Positions 23,553-37,119 of a DNA stretch of 64,000 nt are shown piece after piece. Position numbers and translations under genes: made by a program. The stretch's first letter is position 1. Each line of letters begins with the position of its first letter. Where the stretch lies: contig NW_026930361.1 in assembly GCF_032062105.1 (NCBI RefSeq), positions 248,001 through 312,000 on the forward strand, read 5' to 3'. This DNA comes from Saccostrea cucullata. Its lineage: Eukaryota. A model generated the notes under the pieces. It did not search any database. It was not told the DNA's origin and saw only the letters and a program-made list of their open reading frames with translations.

Positions 23553-26500
23553 ATTATAAAAATATATCAGGCGAAGGATATTCTTTCTCTTGGTGGTTAA
23601 AAAATAAATGCAACCTGGATGATAATTAAAACGATAAAATGAATGAAATAATTTATTACATTTTTACCCGTGAAATACTGTAATTTATTTATTATATTTT
23701 CTTGAAAGGATACAAATGATATCTGTCACAGTGTGATTAATATCAGAAGTGCTTTTTCCCTTTCCATAACGAAGATTGCTGTAAAAAAGAATTGATAATA
23801 TAAGATAGACAAAAATAAATAAACCACTTTGACGGCGAATAAAATGGTTAAAATTACAAAAATATGTTGCTAAATCCATGTTTACAGTGTTTTAATATAG
23901 CTAACTTCATATGATTTCATGTGACTGTATAACAAATTAAGACTATGAGTCAACGGAAAAATCAAAAAATTTTATTTTAAAAAAATCAGAAAGTTTATGG
24001 TTTTATACTATATGTGATTATCTTATTATCATATAGACTCACGGATTTTTGATGTTTTCACTCGTGCTTCGCACTCGTGAAAATATCAAAAATCCTTATC
24101 GTGAAATAAATTCCATATTCAACTTTTACAAAACATTGAATATCCTCCATGTATTTAACAGTTTAACTGTTTATATTAGGGAGGGAAATACCAAAGTTAT
24201 CTTAAAGACGTGTTAATATCATTTACTGCCACTCGGTAAATTCAAAAGAACTTTATTCGGTAATAAACAATATATTTAATTAAGTTATTTAAAATATATA
24301 GCACAGGATATTTTCATAAGTAATGACGCCATATGTACTAATGGTCACAAACATGACGTAAATTTAGTTTTTTTGAATTTTACCGAAAAATTAACGATAT
24401 TTGGAGTAAAAGTCACCGAGCGCATGTGTGTTCAGGATCAATATTGATATAATGTTGATAATATCAATGAAATATGTCAATACCTGAACAAAGTTATAAA
24501 TTTTAAAGCTAAAATTGTTGAAATTTTGTCCATTTTGTCCTCTTTCTGAAAAAGGATATAAAATTGGACTAGTTTATGACGTCATAAAAACAAAAATTGT
24601 GAATATACTGCTTTGACACTATAATATTTTCTGTTAATTTATATTTCTCATACAATTTATTGAATTCAGCACATTTCAGGAAGTTTTCAAAACTTGACTT
24701 AATTTGTGAGGGCAAATATATGCAATATACCGCATATAGTTCTTTACAACATGACCATACACATATTCCTTACATTTGGGTCCCGACTGAGATAGCAGTT
24801 ATGAAAGAGAATATTCCTGTATGTGTTCAGAAACAGGACTAGTAGAAACTTTTCAAATATGACAAAAAATTGAGGGATTGCATGAACGTCGAGTTTAACG
24901 AATCCAAACCGTTGTTTGACCAAATGGATTCAGAACATTGGTCCTCAAGCTTCATATTTAATACTGAACAAAAACGGAAAACCTCAAAACTTCTACCCCC
25001 TAAAAAACCCAAAATGTTGAAGAGATAAATTAATCTTTTTTCTCCGGGAAGGGATTGTATCGACCGCATGGGTCAGATTCTCGTTTCCGACATCCCAAAC
25101 AGAGTCATCCATATGTTCTAAACCAGATGGAAATGGTTCCTTTTCTTTCTCGTCCTGGAGAACTTAGAAGATCATAATAGGGTTCTCACGGCTGATGCCT
25201 GTGGAAAGTTGGTCCTTAAAAGGAAAACAAAACAAATTTAAGTTGTGAAGTATTTACGTGGGTATATAAATGCTGAAAATACATGACTGACAGTTTAAAT
25301 AGCCCTTGTTTCTTTTCCGTTCAGAAATGTACAGTTTTAAACATCTGTCTTTCGGATGAAGAAAGAGGTTATGCAACAAAGCCTCTCAAAACAAAAAAAT
25401 TATGCCCAAACCTTTGTCAGAAGAGACCCCCCCCCCCGATTTTCAAGCCTTTTTTTTCTTACTTCTTCACAAATTGTATTTATATATATTACGCTTTTAT
25501 CATAGTAAACCATAAGAATAATCGGCGAAAAAAGCAAAATAATCACACAAAAGGTTTTTATCATAACCTTGCGCTATATATATAAAAATATGACACAGCG
25601 TTTTACGACATAATTTTCATGCAACTTTTTGTTTTGTTTCTTTTTCATAAAACATTAAATTTTCTTTAAAATAGTTAGTTCATGCTTTTAATATATGCGG
25701 CAAATAAAGCTATTAGGTAAAATAAGAACCACACTATATACAGAAAGAATGAATTAATTACAACTTCATTTGATTTCATTTGACCTTACAAGCAAATTAA
25801 AACTATGAGTGTACCGTGTTGCATTCAAAATCGTTAAGTTTATGTTTTATAGTACTATAATTGATTATCTTATGAATTTGGCGATGAATTGAATTTCCCA
25901 TCTTTTAGGAAGTAGAGTAACCTCTCTTTTACCATTTAGCGTTTCATATTTCAATTATTTATCACATGTACATATATACATCACATGTACATATTGTTAA
26001 AAATATATTTATAAATTTGAAAATATATTGAAAGTGTTTTTTGGTTTTGTACAATTTCGCTAAATTAACAAAATGTGCAGTTATAATAAAGCTTTGACAA
26101 ATACATGTGTATGCATGTAAATCGTTTTCCACGTCTGAATGGTGGATTCCAATTGAAAAAAAACATTTGGATTCCATGGATCGTAATATATAGCCGATGG
26201 TACGTTAAATGAATTCTCGAATAAATTAATTCTTTATGGCATTATTGTTAATGAAAAGTTCAGAATTTATACCGTGTAATTATTTTTTAAGAAACCTTTG
26301 CATTGTTTAAATCAGTGATGATTATATTTCCAAAATCTGATTTTTGATTAATTTTTTTTTTCACGGACACATAATTTAATAACGACTGCTTTAACGTGGC
26401 AAAGCCGTTACTAAATGATTTTTATAAAACAGAAAACAAAATTATTATTACACTCCATGTTAAATTATTGTTTATTTAATTCTTCTTTAATTGCATATAC

Positions 26501-26843
26501 CTTGTCGGCTTTGCATGCTACAACATGGATAGCGTCAACCAATTAGATGCGCTTCACTGACCACATGCACCTGTGGCGGTATATCGAGATAATTGACACT
26601 TAAAAAAAATGAACGTTTGTTTTGAAAACAGTGTGGCAGATGGCGATATGCGAATTTGGCGTTATAAAGAGAATTTTATATAGCAGGAAAAACGTTCTTG
26701 GGAAATCATGGTGGTACATGTATTGCGAAAATGGCGATAAATAGAATGGCGATAATTCGAGAATTGACTGTATAAATTTAATGCTTTGTTCATGTATTTT
26801 TTTCTAAGGGATGGTTTTAATTTTTGTTGCTTCTTTTCTGCAG

Positions 26844-29800
26844 CAATCCCATTATGAGGTTGGAAACGAGTCCAGAAATTCAACAGGGTATAATCCACAT
26901 TCTGACTACCCCAAAGACAGTGACCATACTGAATATCAAGTTCAGGTTAGTGTTTGTATCAGTGAGGATGATATTTCCAAAATCTGATTTTTGATTATTT
27001 TTATTTTCACAGGCAAAAAGTAAGAAGAAATTAATTTGCCACTGTTTATTTAGTAACATTGTGAATTTAAATATACTAATTTTGTTTGCTGGCATTTTGA
27101 AGAAATTTAACAGGAAATCCATGTAGATCCCATAAAAACAGAATTTTGAAATGTCACATTGACACTGACTTGGATCGCCATTGTCACATTTACACTAGCT
27201 TATCCCAAACTTTAAATAAGCATTTCTTTATGAAAATGTTTAGTTTTGGTTTTTTTAATCAATGTTTGCTTATGTCATAATTTTCATAAACTCCTACAGG
27301 GGTTGTACATAAATAATACCTTAAGCAAACTAAATGATCCTAATCATAAAACCATAGAGAACCAAAAAAGACACACACATCAAAGTAATTGATAATAAAG
27401 ACATACTACAGAATAATGAAGAGAAAAAATGAATTTTACAATGACCTTTGTTTTACAAAATAAATTGCTGCATGTAGATGGACAAGATGATTCCTTTGTT
27501 GGTGTCTGCAGATAGAAATGCTGTCCTCAGTTTATGTCGGTACAACATCAAATTAATGTACAGAGACCATGGCACAGAGGTTAGCATTGTTATCTTTTTT
27601 GCTAATCCTAATTCTCTTTTTTTTTTTTTTTTTGCAATAGTTTATCACATATGGATAAAAATTTGAAATTATTTTGTACTTCTCATTGACTTGTATTATT
27701 CAGTGAGATTTTTGTTCATGCTTTACAGAATCTGATTATTCGAATTCCCATCCATGAAATAGCAGCAGTCTGTTATGTGAATGATGATGGCGTACACATT
27801 TTAGCTATCAAATATGGTAAAAAAGAAAATTCTACTAATCATTGATATTTGTTGTGTTCTTTAGAAGTCACAAGCCTTAATTATAAAGTCTGTACCTTTT
27901 GACAGGAAACCCCGAGAGATGTTCACTGTTAGTGCTGTACTGTGACAACCCAGCTCGAGCAGAGCGTGTGTGTTCAGATGTGGCCCAGTGCTTCCAGCTT
28001 ATTTATACAGATGCAGTTGTCAAACTTCTGGAAGATGCCATCTTTAAAGTAGAAAATTCATCCACAGGATCGCCCACCATAAATGACAATAGTCGGAAAT
28101 ATTCATTGTAAGTATCACTCAGGATTTCATGGTTGCTTACAGTGAGAGTGTGTTGCTCTTGTCATGTACCGGTACATTAGTTGCTTTGTTCTTTATATTC
28201 AAAGGTCAGAAATCCATTTCATGTTTTGTGAAAGAAAAGTTTGCTGTAGATTTGTTCTGTCCATTTCTTTTTGTAAAACCTTAAATTCTTAACATCTTTC
28301 TCTGAAGAAACCATATGTTTAAAGTGCTATATATGATGTTTGCTAGACAATACTTTTTTTTTTGTTTAAAACATGGTTTCATTAACAACCTTTTTATGAT
28401 CTATGTGACATGACAATGAATTGCATGCTTACAGGGAGAGCCAGGACAACCCGGGGTAAGAATCTGTGTTGGTTTTAATTCTCACCTTCTGTCTTTATAC
28501 AGCAATGGTAGCTGGTTATTTAAGTCTCAATGAGATAACTATATATTTTAGAATACATGTACCTGTTTCTCAGATGTAGTCATTTAGTACACTTAATGTA
28601 AAGCAAAATGTCAAATTCTACTTCCTGTCAAATTTATTTTTCTTTTTTGTACACTTGTGGGGTAAAAATGTTTTGAATATCTATACACATATAGGGTATA
28701 TATTTAAGTTTTGTAATATCAAAACATATATAGAAAAACACACTCTTGCTTCTTCTAAATCATATTCTGGTTTTATTTATTTTCCTTCTCATATCATATT
28801 GTAGATTTTATTTCAAATATTTAAACAACAAATGGTTTAGAATGTATTTATAGTATCTCTACCTGCACTCATGTTTGTATTGTGCTCCCTCATTAGGACA
28901 AAGTTTGTCAGTCTCTCTTATGGGGTACACAGCTCTAGCACTGAAATACTTAGGGATAGTTGCAAATGATTGTCGAGTTATATTAAACCTTTTTAAATTT
29001 GTTTAAGTGCAGCTAATCAAGAAATTGTTTGTCTTTGAAGCTAATATATCAATTAACTTTGATGTTGGTGGATTCTAATACTAATTCTAATGTGTTCAAA
29101 TTTTTGTTTCTGCTTTTATTTGCTTTATTTTCCTCATAAACATTGCTTTATCTAATAAAGAAAAGGAAAAAATCTATCAAAACATTTTTGAAAACAATTA
29201 AATTTGTATTTTCAGTATTTCTCAGTCACATCCGAACCTTGCAGAGCAGAGACATAGAGACAGTGGGTCGGTACACAGCATGCACAGTGGTCATAGTGTT
29301 CAAACAGAGCTTCTGAGATCATACCTGGAGCAGGTACGAGGGACATTACATATTTCTTTCCACACAAGAGAGCTTGTTCAAGTTGGAGAAAGTGTATAAA
29401 AAAAATAAACAGTGACTTTTTCAATTTGAGATATATGTACATGTATTACATACGTACTCTGTGCAGGTTTTTATTTTTTAATTAATTTATTAAATCAAAA
29501 TTGTAATTACATGTATGATTTTTTTTAAATTATTTGTTTTAAAAAATGTGTGTATATTGTTAAACATGTTGTAATGCTGTGTAGATTTTGAGGAGTCTTT
29601 TGTTTTATTTCAGTTGAGAAGTAAATTTACTGTGGATGAGCTGGCAAAATTCTCCACCCTCCTGAAAAAGATCAATGACCCCTCCCCCAAAAAATCCAGT
29701 GAGCTCCAGGCAGTGTTTCAGGAGGTTTATCAGCTGTATGGCAAAGAGAGGAAGAATCTCCTAACTGGTAAAATATTTGAATAAATTTATATACCGTCAA

Positions 29801-32326
29801 ACTTCGTTATCTCCAACTTGAAGGGACAGAGAAAAAACTTCAAGATATCTGAGGATTCAAGGTATTGAGGGTAAAATACTTACAGAATACCAATCAAATA
29901 ATGGTATTTGACATATCGGTGTTTGTGATACCAAAGTTCAACTAAATCTGATTATGTAGGGGGATATTATGGCAGATGAGACTTGCTTTAAAAGGCATTT
30001 AGAAATTAAATACATGTATTTATAGTTCTGATACATATGGTCAACCTTTACTATAAATATAAATAAGTATATACATGCAACAAAATACCTAAATATAAAA
30101 TGGTAATTTTTATGTTTTTCAAGTACATTAATCGATTTAATATTTATCTTCTATATAATTGATTCAATGCTTACCATGTTTAGAGGAGGACATTTGTAAT
30201 TGCAGGTTTGTGCCCTTTCATATATGAGAAGCATTATGACAAATTCCTGGATTTTCTGAAGAAGCAAGGCATTGTAATTCCTGACAATGGAACATTATCG
30301 AGTCGCCATAGTCTACCCCGTATTTACACGTAAGTTAAGAAAAGAAGAATACTTATTGTTAGAATTCCTAGGTTATAAAATATGTGCCATTTTATAAGAT
30401 AATAATATATATAAATTTTTCAACATCATATCTTAGTTTTATTTATTCTGCACTCATTATTTCTATATGGTTAAGTTACTGATGTACATATATTATGTTT
30501 TTGACCTCCAAAATATATCATTTGTGACATGTTTATTGCAGAGTACAGTTAAGAATTTTGATTAAATTTTGAATGAGCATAGTTTATTGAAAGCCTGAGT
30601 CCAATTACCAGTACATTATTTTATTACCTTAGGGATTCTCTGAATCTCTGTGTGTGGCATCAAGGTCCAGCTTAGGTTTTCTCCTAAAACCCAATCAACT
30701 TTCTATTCATTAAATCTTGGCCTAAAGCTGCTAACAGTTATGAATCCAACATGTCCTCCAATCTAATTTTAGTCCTTCCATCAGTGACACTTCGACTATT
30801 ATTGATGATGATAGTTCCACTATTATCGATGATGATTTGGATAGTGAATTGGAGTTTTTAGCTTCGGCCTCTTCTGTTATGGTAAACGCTAATAATATCT
30901 CAAGAGCAGATGAGCTTATACGCAGTGTCTCTGTCCATGGGAGCTTATTGAAATAACCTTTTTATGTCACTGTTTATCACAATAATAAAAGAGATTTACT
31001 TAATATGTTTAAGAGATTTACCATTGCAGCAATTTATTGGTCTATTCTATTCTCATCTTTTCCCAATTTTTTGGCTTTAAACTTAATACAAAAACCAAAT
31101 TAGATACTGGTATATTTTACATTACCTGCATGTATTTGAATAAAAGATAAATTGAAAATTCTTGCTAGGAATTTGATCATTGTTTTCCAAAAATTGACAT
31201 CTCTGAACGGAACAGAAAAAATAATTAGGGAATACACATGTATGTTTAAACACATCAATCGAAATTTTACTTATTCTCAGAAATATAGAAGACAGTGGTC
31301 AATGCTTTTACAGAATATGAATGAAATACAGACATGTGTCAGAATGTCCTTGTCTTTATGTGGAGGGGCAAAGCACTTGAGGGCCAGTGATGTCATTTGT
31401 CAATGTGTTTTAACTTAATACTTGTGAGCTTGCTGGATTGAAACTATATAAGCAAACAGAGCAGAGCAGTGGGAAAGAAAATGCACAGCACTGCTTTCAG
31501 AATGTGAGAAAAGCATTAGCAATGGTGACTGGCAGTACATGTAATAGTTCACTATGCTGGAGTACATTGACTAAGACATTTTGATTGTCATATCAGTATC
31601 TTTTGTAAGAATTGTTATGTATCAAAGGTAAATACTAGTATAATTTTTTTCATAAAATACAATCAGTAGTGTCATCAGATAAGTATTGTGTAATCTACCT
31701 TGGATATCTTGAATTGAGCTGAAATAAAGATGTATGCTATTGATGTAGAACTTAAAGATGAATTGAAAAAAGAACATGTGAAAAAAAAATCTCAGACATT
31801 TGAAGATCATTGCATATTTATCTTCTCATGTACATGTATCTTGTACAATTTAATTTAAAATGTTTTATATATTTTGTTTCAGAAGAGAGCTTAGTCAATG
31901 CTCTTTATATTGAATGTACCATATTAAAGAGTCTAATTCTACTGATATAATTTACAAGGTATCATGTACATACAGTGAAACTTGTCCAATCCACATTTTG
32001 TTTATTCCGAGACCTTGCCTAGTACAATATAAATCACTAAAGTCAGCTGTTCTGAATGTTGACTATAAAGCTCACCAATTTCTTTTGGAACCAGGGGTCT
32101 CCAGATTAAACATGTTTCACAGTATACACATTGTTGTATGAAAAAGATGTACATGTTCTTTCAATCACTATTATATCTTGTTCATCTTTTCAGACGTTCT
32201 GTGAGCGACATGACCACTAACGACCAGAGTGATATAGACAGTGTACTGGAGGGCATCTCCTCTCAGCTAGCTCAGATTGACAGCAATATTGGTGATGTCC
32301 CGGCATACCTGTCTTACCCAACATAA
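26844..32326 (+). CDS. CCM2: Cerebral cavernous malformations 2 (malcavernin) homolog: PTB plus harmonin-homology domain; 5' end uncertain
   Basis: Exons 26844-26945 (tentative), 27478-27579, 27729-27816, 27906-28107, 28435-28455, 29216-29333, 29614-29767, 30206-30329, 32194-32326. PTB motifs: AVLSLCRYNIKL, LIIRIPIHEIAAVCYVNDDG, AERVCSDVAQCFQLIYTD. HHD motifs: ELLRSYLEQLRSKF...LYGKERKNLLTGLCPFIYEK...FLDFL. Confidence 0.9.
30773..30956 (+). CDS. CCM2: Candidate alternative terminal exon of CCM2
   Basis: TTTTAG acceptor phase-compatible with the donor at 30329. About 60 open codons (PSISDTSTIIDDDSSTIIDDDLDSELEFL...GSLLK*), with AATAAA at ~30984. Confidence 0.55.
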
Positions 32327-33084
32327 CAGAGGATTGTGTGACAAAAACGACCTCTTGTAACCAGATAAAGAAACCCCATTCTACACGTTTGTTTTACCTT
32401 GTATATATTACATGTAATTTTAACCTGGTGCTGGCATCAGAGGATGTTTATATTAAGAAGTGTCTACAATATTTTTCTGTGTTTTCAATGTGTTTTGGAA
32501 ATATACCTCCATCACTCCACCATTCTTTTGTAAATTTATATTTTTTTATCCTTTAAATAGTTAGGATAATGTAGTAATTAATTTCTCAAACAGAACTAGG
32601 AAGAAATGGGGGGGGGATTGTGGCTTTCATGCATCACTTTGAGATAAAATCTTGAAATGCTTAATAATTTGCTTATTGTGATTCGTGTTATTTCACAAGT
32701 TTTATTATTTTAAGATGATTATGTGATAAAGTGCTAAGGTTGTGTGCTTTAAAATATGCAGAAATCATGTTTTTTGTTTTGTGTTCTTGTATAGTTGTTT
32801 ACTGATATGACTTAATATATAGAGTACATGTACATGAATATGCTTTTTTCCATCAATGACTCAAAATCAACATTATCCACCAATCCATCCCTGTTATGAT
32901 GTTAGCACGTATCAATACAAAATGATCATAGAGGATTTCATTTATCTAATCTATGATATGGTTATGAACTCTATCTAGTCAAATTGCTGCCCACAACACT
33001 ATCAAAGACAGCAGATTTACAATACCCTTGTTTCTTTATTTGATAATAATGCAGAAACTGAAACGTATTTTCACAAAATAAATA

Positions 33085-33302
33085 TACCGTAAATCTGGAA
33101 ATTTTTATGTCAATTTTATTTTGCGAATCTGGGTCAAAATGCTGTTGATTAATTTTTATGTTTCAAAATTTTGCGAATGACCACTACTTTGTTTACATTT
33201 TCTTATTGTTGAATTATTTTTAAGAAAAATATTTTTGCGAATGCAATGAACTCGCAAATTTGCTAAAAATTTATCTACAGCAAAATTTTCCAGATTTACG
33301 AT
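33085..33302. mobile_element. TA-flanked MITE
   Basis: TIR CGTAAATCTGGAAA ... TTTCCAGATTTACG. Confidence 0.7.
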
Positions 33303-33940
33303 ATAACTTGATTTGCTTGTTTATGGATATGTTGTGAAATGATAGGTCATTAACTTTTTAGGACTTTGTCATCTTCTTAAGAGTGAAATAGTCAATGCAT
33401 TACAAATCTATAAAAGGCTCCATTGCACTGGATGTTCAAATATTAACCTTCTCATTTAATGTACATGTACAAGGGTTAGGGAAAAATCAAGAAGTATTAC
33501 ATTATATATATTTATGTTAAAATTCCTGATGGGCATATCTTTTTTTGTGTTGAACTGTATTTTTACCTCTAAATACATGCAGCATCTGATGCACTTTAAA
33601 AGGGGGGCAATGAAATGTAGGTTTTGGTCGGGAGATTCTCATACATAATGATTCATATGCACTTATTTGTACTGATTATGCAGAATATGCTGAAGTTACA
33701 ATGTGCCATGCAATTTTATTCATATTTAAGGTAAGATTAAAATAAAATTTTCTCGAAAGCTACTATGTATTATTCTTGTTTTCTTAAATGTAAAACAATC
33801 CTCCATTGTGGTCCCATCCTAAATTTTTTTTTACTTCAATGTACAGAGTGTATTTGCAAAATTGAGGTGAAATATATATACAAATTAGAAGTTGACCACT
33901 GCTGGTTTTAGTAACCATTACTTGACTGTTCCCCCTCCTT

Positions 33941-34999
33941 ACAATAATAAAGTGCCGTGCCACAGCATGATACGCCCATCAAAAAATTACAATTTTCTTT
34001 AACAGTTTAGCTTGCAATCTTGTCAACCCTGATTCTAAGATTTCCATGATTTTTCCATTCCTAAAAATATTTATCCATCCCCTGTGATGTAGGTATTAAT
34101 TATAATAAATATTACATCATTGATGGATTTCTATGCTGGTTGTGTTAGACCTTGTCAAATGCCCATCATATTAAACAATATCAAATTAGTCTTAACAACT
34201 TAATCTATACCAAATTAATTTTGAAAAGAAAAGGCTGGCCATCAAATGACATATGCTATAAACTAACCAACAGTTTTTCTGTCTAATTCCCAAAGGTCAT
34301 CATACAGCTTGATCAGAGTGATTGAGACAGCTAGCCTGAACTCATTAATTAATCTTTAACTGGGTGCTTGTCTACTCATTAATACCAACAGATGAATGGG
34401 TCTGCACTATCTACCATAATTTTTTTTAAAACATATAAAATACTCAAAGATTTTTTTTGGTTGAGATTTAATGTCTGACAGGTTTTAATATAAAATTCAT
34501 ATGGGTATGGTGATTCCACCCTATCCCATAAAATTAGTTTTTATAGATTAACAATTTTATATAATATAAGATTAGTCTACAATGCAATATCAAATTAGTT
34601 TTAATTACTTTTCATCAAATTCATTTTAAAACTTAGGCTAGCCAGAAAGAGCTATTTTTAATCCAACAGGCTCACCCATTTGCTCAATACTCAAGGGATA
34701 TAGATAACACCATGCTCTAGCTATCAGCGAACTCCTCACACTCAAAACTCATTAATTTCTCTCTAATTTGACATGCAATTTTCTGTTATCAAAATTCTTC
34801 TTGAGTCTTGACCAGTGTTTGATAATTACACTCATGGGAGAGGTAGGATTTCTAACATACATAATATTTGTTATAGATTGCTGTCAAGTATATGCTTTAA
34901 AATAATAAGTATTTTCTTGAATTAGCACTTTTTTAATAAGGACAGTGCAATACTCTTACATTATTTGGGATATGTAAATGAATAGTAAAAAGACACATC

Positions 35000-35045
<46 letters not shown>

Positions 35046-35107
35046 CATTTTGTCCGTCGTCCGTCCGTCTGTCTGTCCGTCCGTCTGTCCGTCTGTAAAC
35101 TTTTCAC

Positions 35108-35144
<37 letters not shown>

Positions 35145-36101
35145 TGACCAAACTTGGTACAAAGCATCCTTGGGTGAAGGGGAATTTAAATTGTTAAAAT
35201 GAAGGGACATATCCCCTCGCAAGGGGAGATAATTATATAGAGAAAAATAGGGTTGGGTCATTAAAAAATCTTCTTCTCAAGAACCACTGGGCCAGTAAAG
35301 CTGAATCTTACGTGGAAGCATCTTGGGGTAGTGTAGATTCTAAATTGTTCAAATCATGACCCCCGGGGGAAGGGCGGGGCCACAATGGGGAATCAAAGTT
35401 TTATATAGAAATATATAAGAAAAATCTTTGAAAATCTTCTTCTCAAGAACCACTGGGCCAGAAAAGCTGAAACTTATGTGGAAGCATCCTGGTGTAGTGT
35501 AGATTCTAAATTGTTCACATCATGACCCCTGGGGGAAGGGCGAGGCCACAATGGGGAATCAAAGTTTTACATAGAAATATATAGGAAAATTCTTTGAAAA
35601 TCTTCTTCTCAAGAACCACTGGGCCAGAAAAGCTGAAACTTATGTGGAAGCATCCTGGTATAATGTAGATTCTAAATTGTTCAAATCATGACCCCCGGGG
35701 GAAGGGCGGGGCCACAACGGAGAATCAAAGTTATACATAGAAATATATAAGAAAAATCTTTGAAAATCTTCTTCTCAAGAACCACTGGGCCAGAAAAGCT
35801 GAAACTTATGTGGAAGCATCCTGGTATAGTGTAGATTCTAAATTGTTCAAATCATGACCCCCGGGGGAAGGGCGGGGCCACAATGGGGAATCAAAGTTTT
35901 AGATAGAAATATAAAGGAAAAATCTTTGAAAATCTTCTTCTCAGGAACCAATGGGCCAAAAAAGCTGAAACATGTGTGCCCATGGAAGGATCATGGGGTA
36001 GTGTAGATTTCAAAATGTCTAAATTATGATCAGTGGGGTAGGGTGGGGATGCATTATGTATAACAAGGGGGAAATCTGGTAGAGAACAGAATGGTCAACG
36101 C

Positions 36102-36144
<43 letters not shown>

Positions 36145-36488
36145 TTTCATTTAAATCAAAGGTCACAGTGACCTTGAAATAGCTCGCGACACACCTTCTA
36201 CCTAAGATGCATAAACTGGCCAAGTTTGATGATTGTAAGTCTTATAGTTTTCTAGTTATGGGCCGGAAAGGATTTTTCCAAATTTGGCTATATCTTCTTA
36301 ATTAAAGGTCAAAGTGACCTACTTTTTGTGCGCGACACACCTTCTACCCAAGATGCATCAGATGACAAAGTTTGATAATTCTAGGCCTAATTAGTATTAA
36401 AGTTATGAGCCGGAAAGGGAAAAATGTGTGACAACGGACACGAAGCCTATAACATAATACGTCCCGTCTTAAGACGGGCGTATAAAAA
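33941..36488 (-). mobile_element. Older HINE-type element (reverse orientation) hosting a nested HINE
   Basis: Left end GTGCCGTGCCACAGCATGATACGCCC. Right end ATAATACGTCCCGTCTTAAGACGGGCGTATAAAAA, a hairpin containing the subterminal inverted repeat. Tandem ~150-bp units at 36160-36420. Confidence 0.55.
35001..36140 (+). mobile_element. HINE with ~5 tandem ~166-bp satellite-like monomers
   Basis: AGCTCACCTGAGCCGAAGGCTCAAGTGAGCT hairpin, (GTCC/GTCT)n, TCTTCTTCTCAAGAACCACTGGGCC recurring every ~166 bp, and a 3' CTCAGGTGAGCGATGTGGCCCATGGGCC end. Confidence 0.92.
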
Positions 36489-37119
36489 GATATTGTAGAC
36501 ATACTTTTTTCCACGGGGTCATAATTCAGCGGAATCTCTATTTCTGTTAAATCCGCTGGTAGGAAATGATGCGAATATCTTAAGACTCTCCTTATTTGCC
36601 TTATACATATGTACTTGTATTAAGTTCAATAGGTCTAATTTCCAGGGAAAATTTGTGACCGCGAACATAGTGTAAATTAATACCAGGCAGAAAAAAGTAC
36701 TTCTACAGTAAATCAACTGAATCATGAATGCAAGAATTGGAGAGATGAATTTACTTCTAAGGAAATCTTTTCAATATTTTTTTTTTTTATGGCCTCTTAT
36801 ACATAATGCAAAGATATTTTTACAATAGCTTTATTTACTAGCTGAAAGCAAAGTTTTAAATTAAAATGTTTCCAATAAAAATTCCAAGACTAGGAGGGAG
36901 ATCTCCATGTCCTTTAGTTTATGCAGAATTCTGCAAGCACTATGACATGGCCGACTGTCATACAACCGTAGTCTCCATTACTTGTCCACCACACTGACTG
37001 GCTACAGATGGTCCATGTTGACCAACTTACTTAGGACTTCACACTCCTTGGGTGGAGGACAGTATTGAATGGTATTGAGTATTATGGCTCATACTTTTTC
37101 ATTTGAATTGACATCAGAT

